The translations under genes were made by a program, and so were the position numbers. A stretch of 64,000 nt of DNA from Octopus sinensis (Eukaryota), in contig NC_043007.1 in the NCBI RefSeq assembly GCF_006345805.1, positions 22,010,001 through 22,074,000 of the forward strand, in the 5' to 3' direction. Of this stretch, positions 23,201 to 33,066 are shown piece by piece (within the stretch, counting starts at the first letter, position 1; each line of letters starts with the position of its first letter). The notes under the pieces are model-generated. The model saw only the letters and a list, made by a program, of their open reading frames with translations, did no database searches and had not been told where the DNA came from.

Positions 23201-26200
23201 GCCAGCTTACCACCTTTAATATTATAATTTAAGGCGGCGAGCTGGCAGAACCGTTAGCATGCCGGGCGAAATGCATAGCCGTATTTCGTCTGCCGCTACG
23301 TTCTGAGTTCAAATTCCGCCAAGGTCGACTTTGCCCTTCATCCTTTCGGGGTCGATAAATTAAGTACCAGTTACGCAGTGGAGTCGATATAATAGACTTT
23401 ATCCGTTTATCTGTCCTTGTTTGTCCCCTCTATGTTTAGCCCCTTGTGGGTAATAAAGAAAAAAATAATATAATAATTACATTAAGTTTTGTATTAAATA
23501 AACATGACAATGACCACAAAACTTAATTAGAATGTCTCTGTTTCTACTGGTGCTTTGAGATTCTGGTAGTTGTGACATGATACTCCTGATACTGTAGAAA
23601 ACAATTGTCTAGGTGTTCTCAAATTATATTGGGTTGTCCAGAAAGTTCGTGCCGATTTATAGTAGCTTAACCGTTCGACTTATTTTAGAACATGGTTGAG
23701 TCCATAAAATAGGATTTGACTACACCTCCATTTAGAGCACAGTTTAAACTATCTCTTCGTGGAAGAAGGTTTATGTTCCTATATAACCGGTATTAATTCT
23801 GTAACCCTTTAAAATGGAAGATAAGAAAGTTTATATTGGGAACCAGACAAAAATTGCTGCAGCTCGGCTGGGAGGTGTTACCCCACCCTCCATGTTCACC
23901 AGATATTGCTCCTTTGGATTTCCACTTATTCAGATCTCTGCAGATTAGTCTTAATGGTAAAAATTTCAATTCCTTGGATGACGTAAAAAGATACCTTAAT
24001 AAATTCTTTGCCATGAAACCACCTCAGTTCTGGGAGGAAGGTATTTTCAAGTTAAAAGAAAGATGGAGATGCATTGTGCAACAAAATGGTTCATATTTGG
24101 TTGATTAAAAATGTAATGGCAAGTATTTATTGACCTTTTTTTTTCCTTTAAAAATCGGCACAAACTTTACGGACAACCCAATAGAATCCTGTATCAGCAC
24201 TCTTAAAGCTACCAAGTCATTTTCTAGCAGGTACATTTCTATGGTTACTTCCTTCACAGAAAACTGGTGCAAATAGCTCGCATCAGAATATCACCAATAG
24301 AGAAATATGAACAAAGGATTCTTCAGCCGACATCATCATCATTTAAACCTTTTGATACCATATTTCTGTTGACATATACTGCCTTCTTTTTCAATCAATT
24401 TTTAAAATGAAGAATTTAGAAAAATAGCTTTCTCGTTATTAAGCTGCTGGAATAAATTAGAATAAAATTTTGATGGAAGATTATAATTTAGACCATATTA
24501 AAACAGCAAGTTTATGTCATAGAACCTATAGCAGTCTCAGACAGGTTAACGTCAGTTTTTCAGGCCAGCATGGACGAGTTAAGTCCCCTTTAGCGACGAG
24601 TAAGTTTTTGTTAAGACATTTGTTTTTTTACATCGAGGAAAAATGTGTTTTGTTGATATACAAGCAACATACACACGAACATGTATGCAATAGCTATACG
24701 TACGTACGTGTGTGTGTGTGTTTCCCATATATATATATATAGATATATATATGAACCAATTTCAATGGATTTCGCCCAAATTTGATGTTGATGTTACTTA
24801 GTTTGGTTTGAAATAAAGAACTTGATTAGCTTAATAATTCTAACATAATCCCGGGCAAAGTCGTTTTGTACTACTTGTAAACTTATAAATCTAAATTTAA
24901 ACCTACCCATTTCTTTCAAACTTTTTGAATGGCATCAACATAGACAAAGGGTCTTCCAGCTGCAATATTAGAGATGAACAAAAAAGAAAAATTAGAAAAG
25001 TTTTAATTTTAAAACATGACCTCAGATCAAATTTCTTGCTAAACATCACCATTTCATATCCACTTTTCCATGCATGCATGCATCATCATCATTGTTTAAC
25101 CTTCTGCCCCTTCTGTTCCTGGAAGCTGTTTTTTATATTTTCTGTGGATTGTTTGAAGCTCACCTTCTTCCTACATCTCGATCCTTGGATCTTACATTTA
25201 TATATATATACCATGCTAGCATGAATTGGACGATTTGACTGACGTCTGGCGAACCAGATGGCTGCTCCAGGCTCCAATCTGATCTTGCAGAGTTTCTACA
25301 GCTTGATGCCCTTCCTAATGCCAACCACTCCGAGAGTGTAGTGGGTGCTTTTACATGCCACTGGCACGAGGGCCAGTCAGGTGGTACTGGCAACAGCCAC
25401 GCTTGAATGATGTTTTTTATGTGCTACCTGCACAGGAGCCAGTCCAGCAGCACTGGCAACGACCTCGCTTGACTGTCTTTTTCACGTGCTAATAAGGCAA
25501 CGCTGGTAATGATCATGCTCGAATGGTGCATTTTACGTGCCACCGGCACAAAAACTAGTTAGCCACTCTGGCAATGATCACGCTCGGATGGTGCTCTTAG
25601 CGCTCCACCAGCACGGATGCCAGTCATCGAATTTGATTTGGATTTCACTTGCCTCAACAGGTCTGGATCAGATAATTAATTTAGGCAGATTTTTCACAGC
25701 CAGATGTCCATCCTGGTGTTAATCTTCACCTGTTTCCAAGCAAGGTAATATTTTCCCATGGCTAGATATGTTTTTCACAGAACACTGGAAATGAGCAACT
25801 TTGCTTGTATGGTGGTGATACTCATTTACGAGTATCACAAGAGTACATACAAACACATGCACAATGGACTTCTTTCAGTTTCCATCTATCATATTCACCC
25901 GCAAGGCTTTAGTTGGCCTGGTGCTACTGAAGCAGGCACTCAACCAAGTTGCAACACAGTAGAATTGAAACCAAGAACAAATGGCCAGGAAGCAAGTGTA
26001 TTAATCACAGAGCCATACATTTTATTCTAACAGACACAGTAAAAGAATAACTTAATTCTGAAAATTGCTAATGCAACAAATTTGATAGTGGGGGCGCAAT
26101 GGCCCAGTGGTTAGGGCAGAGGAATCGGAGTCGGAGGATCGCGGTTTCAATTCCCAGACCAGGCATTGTGTGTGTTTATTGAGCGAAAAGACCTACAAGC

Positions 26201-29200
26201 TCCACGAGGCTCCAGCAAGGGGTGGTGGTGACCCCTGATGTACTCTTTCACCACAACTTTCTCTCATTCTCTCTTCCTATTTCTTGAGTAACGCTGCGAT
26301 GGACTGGCATCCCGTCCAGCTGGGGGGAACACATACACCACAGAAACCAGGCCCACGAGCCTGGCTAGGCTTGAAAAGGGCGACGTTTATCGTTTTATAT
26401 ATATATATATTTGGATTTTATCTATTCCATTCCTTAACTCTTATATTTTCATTCACATACCTGGAAAATGGCTGCTACCGTATAATATAAAATAATTTCT
26501 TTCAGATTATTATATTTTGATAAGGGACAAATCCACAACCTTCTGCCCCTTCTGTTCCTGGAAGCTATTTTTTATATTTTCTGTGGATTGTTTGAAGCTC
26601 ACCTTCTTCCTACATCTCGATCCTTGGGTCTTACATTTATATATATATCTGCGTCACCACAGAAACCGGGCCCATGAGTCAGGCTAGGCTTGAAAAGGGT
26701 GCAAAGAAAGAACAAATTTAATAACATACCTTATTAGCAGCTTCAACTTTTGCAATTGATGCTTTTAAACGAGAAATTTCCTAAAAAACAAAAAAAAAAA
26801 AAACAAGTCAATTCCTAAGTTTACAAGCCAAAACCTTGCTGTCTTATTTTCACCACTATCATCATCATCATCAGTTTCATGACCAGACTTGTATGTATTA
26901 CTGCAGTTGTTATACATTCATGTGATTTCAATTGTGTGTGATTTGAACACACAAACATAGAATAATATAAACCGTCTGTCTCTCTTTCTTGTGTACTTTT
27001 TTTTATTTATTTATTCCTGTTTCCTCCTTTCTTTCACTATCTCTTTCTGCACATGGGTTATTACCTCCCTTGACTTAAAGAGTATAATATAATATTTTGT
27101 TCTACGAAAGGCACAAGGCCTGAAATTTGTGGGGAGGGGCTAGTCGATTACATCGACCCCAGTGCGTAACTGGTACTTATTTAATCGACCCCGAAAAGAT
27201 GAAAGGCAAAGTCGACCTCGGTGGAATTTGAACTCAGAACGTAATGGCAGACGAAATACTGCTAAGCATTTCGCCTGGTGTGCTAATGATTCTGCCATTT
27301 CACTGCCTTAGAGTATAATAATGAATCTGCAAAGGGAATGGATGCTTTATGCAATAAACATATATAAAAAACTATTCCAGTGAACCCAAGTTCAGAATCT
27401 CTTAGTTGTAGAAAGTTATATTTTATCTCAAGAGAATTCTAGAATGTGGCCTCCTATCTAAAACTAAACAGTGGATTTCCGATGAAAATAGAGATATAAA
27501 CGTTTTGGGATTTGGTTTGCAAGATTCTTTATATGAGTTCGTGTGTTGAAGCATATTTTGCTGGGTCTGGGGTGAGTCATTTTCTTTTTGTGCCTTATAA
27601 TGTAACACACTCACTGGTAAAATTTCCACTTTTTTCTTATTTTTATTTTCCCTGCAACCTTTTCAATAGTCTTGAGTCAAGACTATTGAAAAGGTTGCAA
27701 GACGCAACGAAAATTTTAGGAAAATAAAAATAAGAAATAAGTGGAAATTTTACCAGTGAGTGTGTTAAATTATAAGCCACAAAAAGAAAATGACTCTCCC
27801 CAGACACAACAGAGATATAAACAAAAACACAAAAAATTAGGCGGGGGCAGTTAAATTTGTGAATTTCAATAGCATATGAAGAAACAAATAAATGCTTAAT
27901 CAACAAAACAGGTGGTTCCATACCTGTTGTTTCTTCTGTCTTTTTTCTTTTGATTTAGCAGTTCTTCTCTGAAACAAGACAAAAAAGAAAAGAAAAAAAT
28001 CAACCTGTGTTTAGGATATACTTGGAATACAGCAATCAATAGCTGTGCGGTAAGAAGCTTGCTTCCCAACCACGTGGCTCCAGGTTCAGTCCTGAGATTC
28101 AGCATGAAAAATTACATCAATACACCAAATTTGAAAATTTGCACTTGGCCGCTATTTGCTTGTACTGGTCGCGTTGAGAACTCGGATGTTCTTGGACCCC
28201 GCACTACCAATTTCCTTCATAAAATTGGGATGACAGCGGCTCGTCTGAGAAATGAGCTCCACAAGGTAGGGGAGCCGTTGCAGGTAAAGACACTGGCCAT
28301 TTCCGAGGCAGTGCCTTTGCTATTTATGTCCATGACGTGCGGCAGAACACGTTATTGGGACTCGGGTGCACAGCCTGTTACTCCCTACCCCAATATCTTT
28401 CGTTGTTTAACCTTCATCCTTTTTTATTTTTATTTTTGTTTCCTTACTCCTTTACTTATTTCAGTCATTTGACTGTGGCCATGCTGGAGCACCGCCCTTA
28501 ATCGAGCAATTCGACACCCGGGACTTATTCTTTTGTAAGCCCAGTACTTATTCTATCGGTCTCTTTTGCCGAACCGCTAAGTAACGGGGACATAAACACA
28601 CCAGCATCGGTTGTCAAGCAATGCTAGGGGACAAACACACACACGTATATATATATATATATATATATACAATGGGCTTCTTTCAGTTTCCGTCTACCAA
28701 ATCCACTCACAAGGCATTGGTCGACCCGAGGCTATTGTAGAAGACACTTGCCCAAGGTGTCACGCAGTGGGACTGAACCCGGAACCATGTGGTTGGTAAA
28801 CAAGCTACTTACCACACAGCCACTCCTGCGCCTTGATTTCATATTTTTTCTAAAATGAGAACATCCAACAAAACTAAAAAGAAGAAAAAAACCTCGTGAC
28901 TCCATACACTCTACGTCGTAGACTCTACGACAATAAAGCATGTTTCCTTCCTTCTTGAGCCATGCCTGGCTCACAGGGCCGGTTTCCCGGTTTCCTTGGC
29001 GTATAGGTTTCCCACCTGGAAGGGAGGGATGCCGGTCCGTCGCAGGTGAGCTGCAAGATGCAGGATGAAAGAGTGAGAGAAAGTTGTGGCGAAAGAGTCA
29101 GCAGAAGTTCGGCATTATCTTCTGCCGGAGCCGGGTGGATCTAAAAGGTGTTCCGCTCATAGACTCACACATCGCCCGGTCTGAGATTCGAACCCGCGAT

Positions 29201-30855
29201 CCTTCGACTGCAAGTCCGCTGCTCTAACCACTAGGCCATGTGCCTCCACAATAAATAAAACACATGTGGACAACCCGGTTTAATGTTCGACGTCTCAGAT
29301 AACCTATTTAGATAACGCAAGATGAACAGCTCCGTATTGCAACGAGGGATATAGCGTGGATGGTTGGCTTACTTGAGCTTGAAGAGTTACGGTCAAAATC
29401 TGTCGCGGACGAAGCCTACGGAAGATTGACAACATATCTCAATGAAAAATTGCTCCAATCACTTGAACAACTGAGTGGCACAGCCTCCCCGTCTGAAGTA
29501 TTCTTCCCGAAATGTTGATATTCTCTAATTTTCGTTGGGGAATTTTCTGTACTTTTTGCCAAAGTGCCAACGTCAATCATCACTAGTTTCCTTGGTTTCA
29601 ACTGATTCACGTCATAATGAATGGTCCAAGCTAATTTTTCGCGACAGCGAAAACATTCCAAAATCACTGTCCAACCTAAGTTTGGTACTATTTAAGGGTA
29701 CTACTTGAGAACAGTGGTCCCGGTGCGCGCACTCGCGTAGTCGCGCATCCGCACTAGCTAGTCGTGACTAGTCGATCCTACAACGACTGCCTAGCAAAGT
29801 AAATAAAACACAAAGGATCGACTAGTCATGACTAGCTAGTGCGGATGCGCGACTACGCGAGTGCGCGCACCGGGGCCACTGTTCTCAAGTAGTACCCTAT
29901 TTAAGAAGAGTAACTAAAGGGTCTGACCCAGGCATATTCGTTTAGAACAAGTTGTTGTACTCCTATTGCACTTATTTTTTTGTTCTTATGCCCGGGTCAG
30001 ACCCTTTAGTTTGACCGTAAATAGTACCCCTAAGGGTAAATAGTACCTTAAATAGTACCCCTAAGTTTACCTGTGCTTTTGACGATATTATTCCGGCTGT
30101 ATAAATATTTGAAGTGGCAGAAAAACCACCAAGAACAGTGCAGAGGCTGCTGAAAAAAAGGATCTAGATGGCTGCAGCCGAAAGTAGTGATCGGTAGGGG
30201 TCAGCAGAAGGCCGTTTGGACCCGAACCAAGGCTTGTTGTAAGACCCGAAACAAACCACCGAGTCCGAGGTACATTGACAATGAAACTACGTATCGCATC
30301 TGCAGATCAGATATTTGTGGAACCATTTGAGGGAATCTGTACAAACCCCAAGAATAATGGACATTGAAGAATCGTAATCAATCGGCGAAAGAAACGCGAA
30401 CAATCACAACATTTCTGCATTTGGTATATTTTGCAGAGAAATACATTTATAGAGCCAATATTAAAAAAAATTTTTTAATGTCCCAAAATTTCTTATATTA
30501 TTGTCAACATTAGCGCGGGAAAGTTACATTTCGAAACATTAGCGACAGAATTTAAGCATGTAATATGTAATAGTATTTGCATAATGTATTGGAGATCTTT
30601 TTTATCAATGAAATAACACACTATAAGGGGAAAACTTTTTTTTCTAACAATGAAATAAATACGATGTAAATTTTTCTTATAACACTATGAATCAATACCA
30701 TTTGTACCATCGAGTGATGAAACAAACTAACTATCAGCTACATATATTGTAAAATAAAGGATAATAAAACGGAATATTGAAAATTGATGTCCAAATTTTA
30801 GATGAATCCCTAGAATTAATACAATAAAGACTACAAGGCTAATACTCACCCCCAT
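11131..30855 (-). CDS. NAA40: N-alpha-acetyltransferase 40 (NatD), 9 coding exons, 693 nt / 230 aa
   Basis: Exons (minus): 30850-30855, 27924-27968, 26730-26780, 24907-24959, 22363-22458, 18865-19026, 14887-14970, 13561-13638, 11131-11248. All introns are GT-AG, phases are consistent and the total is divisible by 3. The translation [11 protein letters not shown]...KVEAANKLEDPL...[15 protein letters not shown]...[19 protein letters not shown]...AWYLIA...[19 protein letters not shown]...[13 protein letters not shown]...[11 protein letters not shown]...YCYEILSK matches NAA40 as I recall it, including the GNAT acetyl-CoA motif RRKGLG. Confidence 0.95.
13561..13638 (-). CDS. NAA40: NAA40 exon 8 ([14 protein letters not shown]...KLK)
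   Basis: gttacag acceptor, gtaagt donor, 78 nt. Confidence 0.95.
14166..14758. mobile_element. hAT (Charlie-like) MITE containing a 36-bp tandem array
   Basis: TIR CAGTGGTTCCCAAA; 8-bp TSD CTCTAAAG at 14158-14165 and 14759-14766. Confidence 0.92.
14238..14583 (+). repeat. 36-bp G-rich minisatellite (about 9.5 copies of GTGGGGCGAGAATGGGGTAGCAATTCCTGTAAAAAA)
   Basis: Read directly; no unique spacers. Confidence 0.95.
14887..14970 (-). CDS. NAA40: NAA40 exon 7 ([28 protein letters not shown])
   Basis: ttttttcag acceptor, gtaagt donor, 84 nt; GNAT motif A. Confidence 0.95.
15015..15412 (+). mobile_element. Non-autonomous Helitron
   Basis: a|TCTTTATATATAAAAG...cccgagcaaagcgggg...CTAG|t. Confidence 0.8.
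16084..16129 (-). ncRNA. Minimal type-I hammerhead ribozyme motif
   Basis: GACAC-CUGAUGA-A-GGCUG-gagaguauau-CAGCC-GAAAC-GUU-GUGUU on the minus strand: intact core, 5-bp stems I and II. Confidence 0.65.
16434..16479 (+). ncRNA. Second, more degenerate hammerhead motif (inverted copy)
   Basis: GACAC-CUGAAGA-A-GGCUG...CAGCU-GAAAU-GUU-GUGUU; the two CpG>TpG changes weaken stems II and III. Confidence 0.45.
17611..17754. repeat. Long imperfect palindrome (arms of about 65 bp)
   Basis: aataccaaac...ttacaagccac arms around a tcgctttcgctc loop. Confidence 0.8.
18865..19026 (-). CDS. NAA40: NAA40 exon 6 (YEASDWGW...DEVLYC)
   Basis: ccttag acceptor, gtaagt donor, 162 nt. Confidence 0.95.
22363..22458 (-). 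CDS. NAA40: NAA40 exon 5 (LDIKIEC...[13 protein letters not shown])
   Basis: ctttacag acceptor, gtaaga donor, 96 nt. Confidence 0.95.
23228..23460 (+). mobile_element. tRNA-derived SINE, family B, with a CORE-like block (gactttgcctttcatcctttcggggtcgataaattaagtacc). Other copies at about 21340-21545, 21835-22255 (tandem), 27110-27310, 43060-43240, 47055-47278, 61805-62235 (tandem)
   Basis: Recurrent roughly 230-bp unit; CORE/OR-type assignment is from memory. Confidence 0.75.
23629..24181 (+). mobile_element. Internally deleted mariner element with TIRs and TA TSD
   Basis: TIR TTGGGTTGTCC..AAAGTT.GTGCCGATTT at both ends; transposase C-terminus [16 protein letters not shown]...RW (ORF 23836..24108). 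Confidence 0.92.
24907..24959 (-). CDS. NAA40: NAA40 exon 4 ([18 protein letters not shown])
   Basis: ttgcag acceptor, gtaggt donor, 53 nt. Confidence 0.93.
26730..26780 (-). CDS. NAA40: NAA40 exon 3 ([17 protein letters not shown])
   Basis: ttttttag acceptor, gtatgt donor, 51 nt. Confidence 0.92.
27924..27968 (-). CDS. NAA40: NAA40 exon 2 ([15 protein letters not shown])
   Basis: Polypyrimidine tract + tttcag acceptor, gtatgg donor, 45 nt. Confidence 0.9.
28130..28400 (+). pseudogene. Possible CRE/SLACS-type restriction-like endonuclease remnant
   Basis: [19 protein letters not shown]... loosely resembles the VETLGxWGP..FL.ELG motif; frameshifted. Confidence 0.3.
29695..29898. mobile_element. 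CpG-rich fold-back MITE-like element (85-bp arms, 34-nt loop)
   Basis: 29695-29779 versus 29814-29898, two mismatches. Confidence 0.8.
30850..30855 (-). CDS. NAA40: NAA40 coding exon 1 (MG)
   Basis: ATG GGG|gtgagt on the minus strand; in frame with exon 2. Confidence 0.85.
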
Positions 30856-31054
30856 GATCGCAAATAATGGCCAACACCGTTTCCCGCCTTTTTCCTTTAT
30901 TGTTTATCTCTTCTATGAAGTTACCTCCCTTAAACAGCTGACTTGATCTTTCCTTCAGCTGTTGAATTAGGGTTTAAATTAGTGAATGTCAGTAGAGCTT
31001 TGGTACTGATAAGTAGGAAGTAAAAGCGTTTTTCGATTACTTATTAGTATAATA

Positions 31055-31661
31055 CTTGGACCTTTTCGGTTTGAACGGCAGTTTTTTAAATATAATTTCC
31101 ACGTAACTAAAGACTTTTAAACTTCGTATACTGGTAGAATGTGTTTATAAAATATTTTTTTCTCTTGGCTTTATTGAGAGAATTCTATAGTTTGTAAGAT
31201 ATTTGTTGTTTTTTTTCTTCAATTTCTGCAATTCCAACCAATCAATGACGTCTATTGAGTTGAAAACATTCTGTGCCTTTTTCTATCAGTGTCATATGAA
31301 ATTGTCACCCATAATTATGACCTAGTATCGATCTATTGCATTTCAATCTGTTTTAGAGTTAGGGTGGGGAGAAGGGTATCTTTTTTTCTTCACAAATGTA
31401 AATAAACCCAATCTGTTTCTTAAACGAGGGACATATTCATACGGCACAATGTTTTTTACCTCAGTAGACGTCAGTGATTGGTTGAAATTGCAGAAATTGA
31501 AGAAAAACAACAACAAATATCTTACAAACATATAATTTTCTCAATAAAGCCAAGAGAAAAAGATGTTTTATAAATACATTCTACCAGTATACGAAGTTGA
31601 AATTTTTTTAGTTATGTAGAAATTATGTTAAAAACTGCCGTTCAAACCGAAAAGATCCAAA
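31055..31661. mobile_element. Fold-back MITE with TIRs of about 220 bp between the two genes
   Basis: TTGGA(C/T)CTTTTCGGTTTGAACGGCAG... at both ends in inverted orientation. Confidence 0.85.
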
Positions 31662-32449
31662 AATTATCAACCCATTGAATACTGCCTTATTCTGATCTGC
31701 CTTGTGCATTGTACCAATGTTCAGATATAGTCATTTGCTTTTCCTAACTTGCGTTGTCACCCACATCTCCCAAACTACTGTCCCACGTTTTTCACAACCT
31801 TGAGAATTTCTGAATTCTTTTTCTTTAGATTTGCATTATTCTGAAACTGCATATATACCTGTAACTTTCTAGATATTTACAATTGATAATCTTTAATATA
31901 AATTGGACATGGGCGATCGTTGTATTCTTTCTTGTCTTGAGGTTCACAACCAAACGGCTGGGTGGATTCGCGTGAAAAAATGGCACACATGTGCAGACGG
32001 GTGCATAGATTGGAATGCAGTTTGTAATTTTTCCTAACATCCCATACTTACCAAGAAAATCGATTAAAACGTTTTCTATTGGAATTTCCCTCTTTCTTCT
32101 GCCATTAAAGCAACCAGTTGCTTAGAAGCTGTTTTCAGACGGGGTGGGGTCAGGAAATTTTCAAATAGTTGGAGGTTCCAATTGAAACAGGGAACCCGAA
32201 ATGATAAAGTTGACAAACGCTGTTATAGATTATGCCTAATCGAAAACGATCACAGCCACATCATCCAAACAGACCGGGTGAAACCGGGCCTAGCTGCTAG
32301 TGAAATATATAATAATGGAATCTTTATTATGATCAGGACGATCTTATACAGAATGGGACAACAAAAGACAAAAATGTTATACGAGTTCGTATGGTATCAT
32401 TTAAAAATTTACTAAAATATATTTTATCAATAGATAGATCGAGAGATAT

Positions 32450-32730
32450 CATCCGCTCAGTCGAAGTCGACTCTCGGTTACTCGTTGGACCAGTGTCCTC
32501 CAGTCAGTTCTATCCTGGGCCGCTTCCTTCAGATTGGCCATGTCCATTCCGGTATCACTCCTGATGGTGTCAAGCCAACGGGTTCTTGGTCGGCCTCTTC
32601 CTCTCTTGCCGCTGACCATTCCGAGCATGGTGTCCTTCTCCAGGGACTCTCACCGCATAATATGACCGAAATATGCCAATCTACGCTTGGTGATCCCACT
32701 TCTAGCGACATTTTGGGGCTTATCTGCTTA
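32450..32730 (-). pseudogene. BovB-like RTE ORF 3' fragment
   Basis: KRRLAYFGHIMR*ESLEKDTMLGMVSGKRGRGRPRTRWLDTI...AAQDRTDWR. Confidence 0.8.
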
Positions 32731-32970
32731 TATTTTATATACAATTAATTTAACCTTAGACTAGAACTTTTTTTAAACACATAAGAAAACAAAGCATTAA
32801 AAAAAACGAAAAAGAAAACCCGAATAGATAGTTTATATATAATAATTCCAATTAAACTTAATCACAACCTTTATATACTTATCTTAATTCTCCTGAACGT
32901 CAGATTATTAATTAAGTGGTAACTATTTTCGTTGAACACCGCTTGATTTTCATACGTAAACAAGATAAAA

Positions 32971-33066
32971 ATGAAGAATGAGAAACATGTTTTATGGTTT
33001 ATCTTAATTTGCGGTTGGCTTTTATGTTCATTAAAGGCCTCCAAAAGCAAAAAGAAAGAAATTATG
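32971..33066 (+). CDS. Hydrolase exon 1, signal peptide MKNEKHVLWFILICGWLLCSLKA...
   Basis: ATG at 32971, hydrophobic core, ATG|gttagt phase-0 donor. Confidence 0.75.

Noticed and set aside
29416-29667. 83-aa minus-strand ORF MILECFRC...
   Set aside because: No motif or splice support; the opposite-strand frame looks more protein-like and is reported as a low-confidence finding
30071-30420. Possible extra NAA40 exon or independent gene in CpG-rich intron 1
   Set aside because: The NAA40 frame is complete without it; candidate frames are short or hit stops and match nothing I recognise
30921-30931. TTACCTCCCTT motif near the NAA40 start, repeated at 27061
   Set aside because: Two occurrences of an 11-mer are not enough to call a regulatory site, and it may be repeat-derived
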